From Azolla caroliniana (taxonomy: Eukaryota; Plantae; Polypodiophyta), in assembly GCA_043228905.1 (NCBI GenBank), contig JBHGNT010000017.1, positions 7,006,001-7,070,000 on the forward strand: a DNA stretch of 64,000 nt, given 5' to 3'. The translations under genes were made by a program, and so were the position numbers. The notes beneath the pieces were generated by a model that had not been told where the DNA came from, did not search any database, and saw nothing but the letters and a program-made list of their open reading frames with translations. This document shows, piece after piece, positions 1 to 11,160 of the stretch (positions within the stretch are counted from its first letter, which is position 1; every line of letters begins with the position of its first letter).

Positions 1-340
1 TAGCCAAATTACTTAGGACTACACGAATTGGTTCAGACTCTTCGACTATATCACCTGATGCTATAGGGCGACCATCGATGACTCCTATAGCTACTAGGTT
101 CGGGAGCTTGTTCAAGATGATGTCTTGGGTCAATGCAAACTCGTGATCCATGAAACAAGAATTGGCTCCAGAATCTAGGAGGGCAGAGGCTAGGACTCGA
201 TGACCTGTAGATGTGCTAAGCTCAACTTGTGTAGAAAAAACTCTAATAACTTGATTTGATGAAATGGAACCACAACTAGGTACTAACTCTACATATCTAG
301 GATGGTCCAACCAAATGGCTCCTATTTTGGTTGGACTTAT
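1..340 (-). pseudogene. Start of pol (aspartic protease), in the -1 frame relative to gag
   Basis: Minus-strand translation RVLASALLDSGANSCFMDHEFA...VIDGRPIASGDIVEESEP. Confidence 0.85.
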
Positions 341-349
341 TCATTTAAC
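266..349 (-). promoter_or_regulatory. Putative -1 programmed ribosomal frameshift signal (slippery heptamer plus pseudoknot) at the gag/pol junction
   Basis: Minus-strand G TTA AAT (349-343), 6-nt spacer, perfect 11-bp stem (336-326 with 315-305). Loop GGAGCCA can pair with TGGTTCC (272-266). Confidence 0.7.
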
Positions 350-1464
350 ACATCCTCTAATTGGCTCAAGACATCAAATCTATTCTCATGGCATGGGTTA
401 TTAGGCTTAATAGTTAAGTTATTAGAATTGATAGTATAACTCGAGGTAGGGTTGTCATATGCACTTACTTGGTAAACTTGACGTCTAGGTTTATGTGGAC
501 AATTCACAGCAATATGTTCTGGACCACCACAATAGAGGCATAGGCGATGCGCCCGACGTCGTTGTTTCTTAGCATTTGATAAAGGCCCTCGACATTGTGT
601 TGACTCTATTTCCATCAAAGTGGGATCATCCCTCGTAATGGGTCTGGGAACTTGTGGCGGTGTTGCGACTATTGAAGCATACGTCTGTTCTGGTTGGTGG
701 CGTAGCATTTGTTGACGTTCAGAACATCACTCAAATAGGTGATTATCACATCACACAGCTCGACTAATGGCCTTTGTAAGAGACTTTGGATCTTCGTGGA
801 AAGTAAGAAGAAGATCTTTGACATCGTTACCCAAACCCTGACGAAATTGATCCATTAAGGCTGCCTCATCCCAAGGTATCTCACATGCTAAGAGACGGAA
901 ATGTGTTGCGTAGGCTGAAACGGGACGATCTCCTTGTCAGAGTCTTCGAATCTTGTTTATTGCCATTCTAGTGCTATCAGTGTCTCCAAAACTAGCTTGA
1001 AACTCTTTAACGAATGCCTCGAAATCCTCCAACAATGGTGATTTCTTCTCTAGAAGTGGTGCAAACCATGCTAATGATGTACCACTTAGCAAGGTTCCTA
1101 TTAATCCCACATGAGCAGCATCAGTTGGGTGTCCATTGGGATGTAACTGAATCACCAAGCGGACTTGATTCAGGAAACCTCGAAACAAAGATCGGGTACC
1201 ATCAAACTTGGCAGGGAGGCTAATATTTGGTTCCCTTGGGGAGTTTTGAACCCCCGCCGCTTGTTCTCGTAATGTTAATATAGTAGCCTCGAGTTGATGA
1301 ACCCGTTGTGATAACTCCTCATATTGATGAGCTTTCTTGGTACTCACTTGTTGTAAATCCCCGAGTAGCCTATGATTTTCTTGCTCTAATGCCACAAACT
1401 TAGTTGTGAGCATGTCGAGCTTAGAAAGGACACGCATATACTCTTGCTTGCTCACAGATTCCAT
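337..1464 (-). pseudogene. gag of the Tf1/sushi-like gypsy; one ~375-codon frame broken by in-frame TGA stops
   Basis: ORFs 937..1464 and 337..708 share a frame. The gap reads QGDRPVSAYATHFRLLACEIPWDEAALMDQFRQGL. Zinc knuckle CLYCGGPEHIAVNC. Confidence 0.88.
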
Positions 1465-1535
1465 AACTAAGGGGGGGAAATAAAGAAGGGAAAAGAAGAA
1501 AGCTTGCTAGGGTTATTGGAAAAGGAAACAGAAAG

Positions 1536-1546
1536 ATTCGGTTCAA
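1536..1546 (-). promoter_or_regulatory. Primer-binding site of self-priming type
   Basis: TTGAACCGAAT lies 2 nt inside the LTR end. It is the exact complement of ATTCGGTTCAA at 1728-1718, which starts 33 nt after the first base of TATAAATA (1761). It does not begin with the TGG expected of a tRNA-CCA PBS. Confidence 0.75.
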
Positions 1547-1548
1547 AC

Positions 1549-1919
1549 TGTCGAGACTCGTGGGTAGGAGATAGAGCGAGAGCGAGAGTGATAGCGAAAG
1601 AGAGAGGGTGTGTGTGTGCATGAGAGAGAGTGAGAGAGATAAGACTTGAAATAGAAATGAGATTATATTATGATGAAACAAGATTACAATGAGTAGGCTA
1701 AGGGCTAAAGACTGGTGTTGAACCGAATTAGTTGAAATGAATGTATGGACACTTATTTATAGATCCTTATGGAGTATTCTAGAATGTTCTAGAATATTTT
1801 AGATTTTTATAATAACAAATATAACCATGAAATATTAAAGGATGTTCTAGAATAATCTAGAATGTTCTAGAATATTCTAATATATCGTAATAACTAAAAA
1901 TATAATTATAATAATCACA
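1549..1919 (-). repeat. 5' LTR of the Tf1/sushi-like gypsy
   Basis: TG...CA ends, TATA box at 1761-1754, CT-rich tract, adjacent PBS and gag. The partner LTR is outside the window, so the boundaries are inferred. Confidence 0.7.
1777..1877. promoter_or_regulatory. Two heat-shock-element (nGAAn inverted repeat) arrays in the LTR U3
   Basis: TTCtaGAAtgTTCtaGAA (1777-1794) and TTCtaGAAtaATCtaGAAtgTTCtaGAAtaTTC (1845-1877). Confidence 0.75.
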
Positions 1920-1924
1920 TAACA

Positions 1925-1995
1925 TATATGTTATTTCAATGGTTAAGGGTTCAACACATAGACCAAGAAGTCATGGGTTCGATTCTTGATAAGCC
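1925..1995 (+). other. Degenerate tRNA-like sequence (SINE head or tRNA pseudogene)
   Basis: A-box-like TATTTCAATGG (1932-1942) and B-box GGTTCGATTC (1976-1985) at tRNA-like spacing. No convincing cloverleaf. Confidence 0.4.
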
Positions 1996-2214
1996 AAAAT
2001 GTTGTCTTCATGACATGGCTGATTCCAACTTGGTCGCTTCTGTGCCATGGGACATCTTTGTTCCTATCATCAATTTGCCCGCAAGATGTAGCGACTTTTT
2101 GGATATGTTCGAAAAGTGAAATGCGAACAGGTTACCGACACATCGCCCCTAAGATTGCCCAATCGAACTCCAAGATGGTGCGCATCCACCATTTGGGCCC
2201 ATCTATGGGCTATC

Positions 2215-4445
2215 TGAACCCGAAGTTGACGCTCTTCATGTGCGGAATAACGCTCAGCAAAAACCGAGTCTTAAACTCAATGGAAGAACAAAATAGAAAT
2301 GGAAGAACACTTACACAAACAATAGAGAGGACACTGGATGTTTATGTGGAAAACCCTAAATGGGAAAAAAAACCACGGGAGGCCACAAACTCCAACTACC
2401 ACTATGAGAAGAAGGGTACAAGGAGAGACTCAGAGGCAACGACCTCGAGCTCTATACCTTCCCCAACCGGCAGTAACAACAGAAAGACTTGAATTTGTAT
2501 CTCTCTTTCTCTCTCTCTCTCTCTCTCTGCAACCTCTGTACAACAATATATCGACACACACATAAAGTCATTGCCCTAAGTCCTATTTATACTTATATGA
2601 CTTTAGGACTATTTACAAATGTGGCCATGACAGGCACACTAGAAACATATTTACATATATGTTCCTGGATCCTGTTCACACTAGATTCGCCCTATCCGAA
2701 TCTCATCCGAAGGGACTGAATTCCCAACAAACCCCCCCTTCACTCTGGCATGGGATGCCTTGTCAATCTGATTCGTCTCTTGCACATGCCTAGCTTGTCA
2801 GTCGATAGCACCTTGGTCAGCATGTCCGACCCGTTCTCCTCAGTATGGATCTTCCTCAGCAAGAAATCTTTATCTTCTACCTTCTCCCGGAGCTAGTGAT
2901 ATCACCTTTGGATGTGCTTCGCTCGAGAGTAGTATGTTACGTTCTTCGCAAGGTGAATGGGCTTTGACTGTCACAGTAGAGCCGGCATTCCTCATGCCGG
3001 ATCCCTAGCTCTCCCATAAAGTCCTTCATCCAGATTACCTCTTTGTCAGCTTCTACAACCGCCATGTACGATGCTTCCATTGTCGATAGTGCAACGGACT
3101 TCTGCAACCTCGGCTGCCACGATACGGCTCCCCCTGCATATGTTATTACATATCTGGAAGTTGAACAATTGGTATCCGCATCAGCCGACATATCCGAATC
3201 CTTGAATACTTCAAGTTGGGGTTTTCCATAGCCGAATCGGAGGCACATACTCGAGGTGACTTTCAAGTACCAGAGTATCCACGTGACCGCGGTCCAATGT
3301 TCTCTTCCCGAATTGCTCATGAACCGACTGACCACTCCGACAACATATCTGATATCCGGTCGGGTACACACCATTGCGTACATCAAGCTTCCGACGGTAG
3401 AGGCATATGGTATCTTCATCATCTTTGATTTCTCTGTCTTGTTCTTCGGACTTTGCTTTCTGGACAACTTGCAGTTTGTCGGAAGTGTCGATCCGACCGA
3501 CTTAGCATCCGACATGCTGAACCTTTGAAGCACCTTTGTCATGTACTTTTCCTATGACAGCCACAAATGCTTCTTCGACCGGTCCCAAACTATGTGCATC
3601 CCTAGGATCTATCTCGTCGAACCCATATCTTTCATTGCGATGACTGGCTCAAAGCCTTCTTCAGCATTCTGATCTTGATATGGTCTCATCTGACGATCAG
3701 CATGTTGTCCACATATAGCAATAGTATCAAGAAGTCTCCTCCATCAAACTTCTTCACAAATACGCAGTGGTCGGCTTGCATCTTGTGGTATCCTTGGTCG
3801 GTCATGAAGGAGTCGAACTTTCGGTACCATTGCCCAGGAGCTTGTTTTAGTCCGTATAAGCTCTTCTTCAATCGGCATACCATGTGCTCATTCCCTTTCT
3901 TGACGAATCCTTTCGGTTGTTGCATGTAGATCTCTTCTTCGAGGTCGCCATGTAGGAACGTCGTCTTGACATCTAGTTGCTCTACCTTGAGGTCCATGTT
4001 TGCCGCTATGCTCAACACCGTCTAAATGGATGTCATCTTCACTACCAGGACAAACATCTCATCGAAGTCCACTCCTTTCTTATGTTGGAAGCCCTTCACC
4101 ACAATGCGAGCCTTATACCTTGGTGGATTTCTGGAGTCTCCCGATTTTAGCTTGTACACCCACTTGTTCCGGAGCGCTCTCTTTCCTTTCGGCAGCTCTG
4201 TCAATTCATATGTGTGGTTCTCATGTAGGGAATCCATCTCATCCTACATGACACTTAACCACTTGCGGCTGTGGGTGTCTCTCTTGGCTCCTTCGAAGCT
4301 TTCCGACTCCCCCTCGTCGGTCAACAACACATGCTCTACATCGGAAATCTCCAGGGGGGCTCTTCTCCTCCTGAGAGGATATCTCCTTCCTTAGCCTTTG
4401 GCCACCGGTTCCTTCGTTTGTTCTTCATCCGAATCCAATTCGGTA
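2215..4445 (-). mobile_element. Truncated Ty1/copia (family C): degenerate RT/RNase H and 3' LTR (~2215-2729)
   Basis: Motifs KWVYKLK, QLDVKTTFLHGDL, LLYVDNML, YAMVCTRPDI and LYCDSQS. PPT AAGGGGGGGT abuts the LTR end at 2729. LTR and proteins resemble 33143-37957. Confidence 0.9.
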
Positions 4446-5049
4446 TATATTGTGAACTGCACATAAGCACATGCACACCACAATATCATGCAAAAAACAA
4501 TTTAGTTTATGTGAATAGATGAAGAAAAACTTCCATTAAATTTGTATGAAAAACTTTAGTAATTTGTAAGCATTATATCGAGCCGTCTCTAAGAGTTAAG
4601 AGTGCCAAGTGAATGCCATGAGGTGTAACTTGTGTGCCTACAACTACAAACTTGTGATGTAAAAAATGAACACATTTAAATTAAGGTGTTGAATTCAATA
4701 CTACTATTAGGGACCCTTAAATGTAAATGAATTATAAGGTGAGTACATACCCTAAAACTAAATGTCGAAACACTAAAGAAGAAAGAACGAAGAAGTGGAA
4801 AACAAAAAAGAAAGAAGGAAAAGAAGAAAAAAAGAAGTTAAAAGAAAAAGTTTTTGAACTCTACAACTATCACAATCTTAAGAACTATAACCACTAGGCC
4901 ATTCACTTTCAATGATAATATTTTGTGTACTTTATTACTTTTAATTTTTTGAAGTCAGACACGAGAAAACTTTGAGTGGGGCTCCTCGTAACAGACACCG
5001 CCTGCCGTGAGCTTTTTATCCACATCGGACAGTGCAAATCAGTTGAGCG

Positions 5050-5113
5050 ACGAGCGACATCTTTAATATTTGGTACTAGTAACGAGCGACATCTTTAATA
5101 TTTGGTACTAGTA
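5050..5113. repeat. 32-bp direct tandem duplication upstream of the BAHD gene, followed by (GA)n and (TATG)n microsatellites
   Basis: ACGAGCGACATCTTTAATATTTGGTACTAGTA twice. Confidence 0.9.
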
Positions 5114-5334
5114 TGTATGTACATATGTACGTATGCTTAAGTTAGACATGAGAGAGAGAGAGAGAGAGAGAGTATGTATGTATGTATGTATGTAATAATG
5201 TATGTATGTATGTACATATATGCTTGTCTCTCTCCTCCTCTGTTCTCCTCCTCCTGTGTGTGTTGTGTGTGTGTAGAAGTAGTAGTAGTAGCTCAGAGAC
5301 AGAAATCCGCAGACAGAGAGAGAGAGAGAGAGAA

Positions 5335-5909
5335 ATGAAGATCGAGCGCTTCTCTCCACGCCTGGTCTTCCCCCTCACCCCTTCCCCTCACCCTGCCCAC
5401 CATATCCCTCTCAGCAGCTCCGACCTGGCTGTCCCCCGAGTCCATGTGGAGGTCATCTATGCCTTCTCCTCTCCACCTCCTTCAGGACATGCCTCCTCGC
5501 CTAGTAGTAGTATAGAAACCGGTCTGGCGGAGGTGCTGTGCTCGTATCGGGAATGGGCGGGCCGCCTCGACTTGGGCCACCCCCGCCCATCCATTGTACT
5601 CAACGATGCCGGGGCCCTCTTCCTCGAAGCCTCGGCCGATGGGCCCCTCTCTGAGTTATCTCCTTCCTTCCAACCTTCGCGCCTCCTCCTCGACCTCGTC
5701 CCCGTGAATCGAGGCTCCCCTCATCTCCTCCTTGTCCAGGTAAGAACAAAAAGAACAACAATCAACCTATAGGCTACCCTCTCCCTTCTCTCTTGTTGGA
5801 TATTTTACCTGTATACCCCCACACTTCCCGCCCATGATTCAATTCCCCCCTCCTTGTTGATTTTATACATACATCTTGGATACTTGATTTTATACATACA
5901 TACACACAC

Positions 5910-5955
<46 letters not shown>

Positions 5956-7404
5956 ATAGATCCTGGTTGTTTCAGTTTTTTGGCTTGTACTCAGCACTGT
6001 CTCGATACTTGCTTGTGGGACCTTTAGGGTTCGGGGATCCTCGCAATTAGCCTAATGTCAGACCTTGGTGTTGCTTGATTGTTTTCCTTGGGTTTGGATC
6101 TGGCTGTGTTCATTGAACAATTACACTTGAAGGACTTCTTTAGCTTCGACAAGAAGCGAAGGTACTTAGCCTCTTGGGCATATTTCTGATGTTTGAAATC
6201 TTGATGGTCTAGATACCTGTAATTTGTCAGGGTATCTTGTGAGTGGCAAAACGTTCCAACTAATTCAGAATGAAGGTAGGTTATATACCATACCACTACC
6301 TCTAAATTTGTCAAGGTGTCTTGTGAGTGGCGAAAAGCGCAACTAATTCAGAATGAAGGTAGGTTTTTTAACCTTACTTATAGCACACCAAGTCCTTATG
6401 TCATGATATACCATACCATTCTAGGCACATTGTTAGATTTGGATCTCATCGTATGGATGAAGAGGATTGAATTCCTTTTGTATATGTAGGTGACAACATT
6501 TACTTGTGGTGGAATGACTTTGGGTATAGCTCGACATCACCAAGTTGCCGATGGGGAGGCAGCAAGTGAATTCATGAATGCGTGGGGACGTACAGTTCGA
6601 GGCGTGCTAGTGCCTGTGTCAACACCACCATTGCATGATCGCTCGGCACTCATGCCACGAGACCCTCCCATGCCTATGTTTGATCACATTGAATATAAGA
6701 AACTGCCTCCTAAGTCGGACCCAGATTCAACTACCCAAGAGTACCCCGAACTCAGCATCAACAAGATCAATTTTAGCATAGAAATGCTCAAGAAAATCAA
6801 GGTGCAAGCTTCAAAAGGGGCTAGCGAAGGCGTTTTCTACTCCACCTTCGTGAGCTTGTTGGCACATTTGTGGCGGTGCATCACGAAATCACGCGGATTG
6901 GAAGATGACGACGAGTGTGAAACGAAGGCGCTTGTGGCTGTGAACGTGAGGAAACGGATTGATCCTCCTCTTCCCGAGGGTTATTTCGGTAATGCAATGT
7001 GCCATACAAGCCCCCATACCACAATCAAAAACTTATTGGAGCAACCTCTCTCATTCGCAGCTAGTATTATAAATGCTTCCATAAAGAATATTACAAGTGA
7101 CTACGTTCGTTCCGCGCTTGATTTCATCGAACTCCAACAAAAGAGCCCCGTGCAAATAGCAAGAACCAACCGTACTGTGTTGACCCCGAACTTAAGTGTG
7201 ACTAGTTGGGTGACATTACCTTTATATGAACTAGATTTTGGGTGGGGCACCCCTATATTTGCAGGGAACCCTTTCATCCCCTTTGAAGGCCTCATTATTC
7301 TGGCCCCCTCCCACAAAAAGGATGGAAGCATTGATGTTGTCCTTGGTCTCTTTGCTCCTGACATGGCAAGGTTTGAAGCGACATGCTTTGAACTTGCTGA
7401 GTGA
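5335..7404 (+). CDS. BAHD acyltransferase, HCT-like/hydroxycinnamoyl transferase family, ~439 aa; exons 5335-5739 and 6490-7404
   Basis: ATG at 5335 (MKIERFSPRLVFP), EWAGRL, LNDAGALFLEA, LLVQ|VTTFTCGG across a GT-AG phase-0 intron at the conserved BAHD Q position. Catalytic HXXXD (HQVAD), GYFGNA and DFGWG are present. Confidence 0.95.
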
Positions 7405-8299
7405 TTTTTAGATGTCTAGGCTGAAAGTATTTTTAACTTGAGACACTTTGAATGTCTCTTTTCTCGAATCTATATTTCATGGCTTCTCCAAAGCCATCTA
7501 ATTAGACTTGACTACGATACACCCTAAGCATTATAACACAGTCAACCCCCAATCATTGCAAACTATTTGAGATGGATGAAATACATAGTTGGATGTCCTT
7601 TTATTATATCATTGAGTTTAAATGAAAGCAAGTAATGTTTACGTCCCTTCCTTAACACTTGTGTCGTTTGTATTACTTTTGTAATCCTTTTGATAATAAC
7701 ATGTGTATGCTCAAGCAAGAGGCTTGGATTTGACAAAGTGTAATATATATTCAGATTGAAGTAAACATCAAGTGTTGTGTTGTGTATCAAGTGTTGTGTG
7801 GAATTGTTAGGCCCATTTTGGGTGTGGTGGGAAGTTGTAAGGCATGTTGTGGTTGGTTTGGTAGAGCAAATGTAGTGGGGGTTGGTTGATATTCCATTAA
7901 CGATATGAGCAAAAGCAAGGGGAAGAAGAAATTGCACGGGTAAAATAAAGTCGAAATGTAGGTAACACATGAAAGAACTTTTAAAAAAAAGCAATGTAAA
8001 AGAGTGGATGTTGGTAGATAGTTGAAGTCCATGTGCAAAGAATGATCAATGATGTTGGGTGTTTATAAAAAGTAAATTAGTTGGGTATAAGAAATAAGAT
8101 GAAAATTCCTTGTCTCTATTACACCATTAGGTACATAGTATGAATCACAATTTGTAAACTCATGAATGTTACATTTTAAGGACAAATAGGGAAACCAAGG
8201 AACACGTGAGATGGGTACACAATGTTGAGAGTCGAGACGAATCCACCCTTGTCTTCTAAGAATCCCCCTCCCCTATTTATTTTTTATATTACAAATAAT

Positions 8300-9900
8300 G
8301 GTTTTGAAGTAATAGTGTTCCAAAACAAAATCCAAACTTGGTGATAATTTGAAAGATTAATTGATTTTTCAATAGTTTTAGGATTTCATATTCCCTTGAC
8401 CATTTTGAAACATACATGCGATTGCATCCTTTTTCTATTATCTTGCTCCATTCCATTTACTAGTTCACACAACCTAACTTTGCTTGCATTATAGATGCCA
8501 GTAATTCACTGCATTCAAGATGTTGTTGGACATTCTTGAGCCAATAACGATCATATATCAAAAAAGAAAATATCAAAGTTTCTTTACTTTCATTTCCAAC
8601 AAAATAAATAAATTTAGAATTTGCATTTACGTATGCCTTCTTGCTAAAAGCGTAATCAATCTCAATTGTGATATAAAGTAACCACTAACTTTTTGTATCA
8701 ATTTCTCCAAATATATGAAAATGTAACAACAAATCTTGAGAAACAATCTACCAATGTATTTCCATTGCATTTGCGTTATCTTTTTTTTATCACCAACCTA
8801 GCTTAATATTCGTACTCCAAGTGGCTTGAATGAATTCATTTGGAAAGCAAGTGGTTGGCAAGCTTCCAAATATGTACTAGAATTGCTTTTTCACTTCAGG
8901 CAAGAGCATTTGAAAGTGTGGTTCTTCCATCTAATTATCCATCCAAAACCCACATGTATGACTACCATGATACATCCACAAAGTCATTATCTAGGAATTA
9001 TAAATCCATTATCCATGAATGAGGCATCCATGACATACTCTTGAACATGCGAACCCTTTCATCCAATATCCAACCATGCCTACTAATCAAGTAAAAATTG
9101 GTTGGCGTTTTCACAAAGACAAACTATGATTGACATTGTCATAGGGGCATTTCTGGAAATACAAGAACCTAGAGGTATTTGGATGTTATTTTTGTTGAGT
9201 GACTCAACACAATGTTAAAAAAACAGTTTAGGCCACATCAGAAAAGCTTTTATAAAATTATTAGGTAAAAGAACATTGGCATTGGAAAGCTCAAAAGGAA
9301 GATCAAACTTAAGCTTTTATGATTAGGAAAAACTACTTTCTTTGGCCAACAAGGTCCAATCAAGTTTCATTTTGATCCTAGAGTTTGTTTATTTTAAATT
9401 ATGTTCTCATTTATTTCCACAAATGTCATGATTTAACACTTGTGTCCAATATTTTATATGTGGTATTTGAGCATTATATCATCAAATGGTACCATTTTTC
9501 TCTCCTTTAATAAGTTATTTGAGCAAACATATGGTGGTCATTTCCTTCTCCCCTCCTTCCAAGGTAGATTTAAGAGATTTCCCCATATATTCATATTTGA
9601 AAAAATACTGCTCATGCCAAAAGTTTATCAATCATTAATGGAGATACAATTCACATGTATATTTAGGTGTCGATTAATTAATTATTAAAGAACTATTTAC
9701 ATTAAGTCTGATTAGAACATGACCTAGTTACATAAGGAAAAAAGTGTAATAATACATCTTTTTAACAATGTACTTTGTTATGATTTTTGTTGTACTTAGA
9801 GTGATTAACCATTCATTTACAATAATGCACATTTTGATTAGGCTAATGCAGTAGTTGTAACTATTGTCATAGTGAATTTTAGATATGAAGACTAACTCAG
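8300..9900 (-). mobile_element. Highly decayed L1-like LINE reverse transcriptase remnant
   Basis: Faint minus-strand echoes of the QGCPL, xDD and YLG motifs in the expected order. No ORF is left and the boundaries are approximate. Confidence 0.35.
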
Positions 9901-11160
9901 AAGTTGACACGGAAATTAGGTCTTGAGTGGTTGAAAGGTTAGATTTAGGTTTAGGTAACCCAAAGCTATTATTCTATTTCCCTCATGGATTGACACTTGT
10001 TAAGTGTTTGCGGCAATTAAGTGCGAGGGACAAGTCATCGAATGAGCTAACTCATTGTATCAACACCCTTAAGAGTGGTTGACACACTCTCTCACAAGTC
10101 TAGCAAAAAATAGTGTTTCACCCACCTAATCCCCTTAACAATACACCATCGAGGTAAACTTCTATCATGTGTTAAGTAGATGGGACTAATAATTAACTTT
10201 AAATTTTAGGTAACAAAAGCTAAATTTAGACCACAATAGAACTCTCAGGGAATCTATAAAAGGGACACTTTAATAAATCTTCACAAGATCACTTCTTCAC
10301 TAATCTATTCTATAATAATTAGTAAGGCTTATTAAATCTTAATTAATCTTGCCATTAACCATATCCTTAAGGTAGTCTACAACCAACAACGTAAAAATGT
10401 TAAGATATATACCTTCCATGAAATACAACAAAATGGTGAGGATTACACTCTTTGTAAGTGGTATTAAATTGAGTAAGTTGGGAAGACTATGATCTAACCC
10501 ACTCAATTATTTGGGTTCCCATTCATGATCAAAGTAGAACCTAGCGGACCATGTCCACTCCACATAGGCTATTGACTAGCAAACTATAGGTTTAAGGAAT
10601 TAATGTGGTATTTCAAAGGCGTGATGTGATGGTTGGAAGTGCTAGTTGTTGAATGCCTGGGTTGTACCATACACAAAATTTATTAAACTAGTAAATGTTC
10701 AATTACTTTTTACAAGTTTGGAGAATGGGATGGTGAATCGGCAATGAGGTAATATGCCATCCAATAATTTATTTGCCAATTACTTTTATTCTAGAAAACC
10801 ATCAACATTGCTCTTATTTGAACTGAACTCATTAATATATTGTTATATGTGTCCCATAACCCACTACTTTGAATTTAACCTAAGTGTAGTGCAATGAAGA
10901 TTGTCTTTAGACATCATAAACTCAAAATTTCTACGTTGAGATGTGGCTCTCTGCAACTCAGAACAGCACATGAGAATGTTTATTACAGGTGAAATCATGG
11001 GTTTAGAAGTGGAAGTGAAGACCACCGCCATACACAGGTAACCGTCCAAAGGGAATCATGGCGGCGGCACACAATGTGATATATATAAACAATAAGCTTA
11101 TATATCTCTGTTATTTTTTACATTTTCTTGGCACCATCGTTTTGTGTATCTCTGCATTCC

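Larger units (their letters stand above)
1..1919 (-). mobile_element. Ty3/gypsy LTR retrotransposon, Tf1/sushi (Tcn1-like chromovirus) type; 5' part only (LTR, gag, protease), runs off the left edge
   Basis: TG...CA-bounded LTR 1549-1919. PEG10/RTL1-like gag (PAKFDGTRSLFRGFLNQVRL...LAWFAPLLE) with a CCHC knuckle. Protease motif LLDSGA near 165-183 on the minus strand. Confidence 0.9.

Noticed and set aside
937-1464. Domesticated PEG10/RTL1-like gene
   Set aside because: It has in-frame stops and sits next to an LTR, PBS and protease, so it is an ordinary decayed retrotransposon gag.
6221-6366. ~60-bp duplicated segment in the BAHD intron; also small duplications at 43420-43620 and 47148-47215
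   Set aside because: These are ordinary local duplications with no functional signature.
10864-11060. Exon-like AG...GT segment and short ORF
   Set aside because: No recognisable protein motif and no partner exons.
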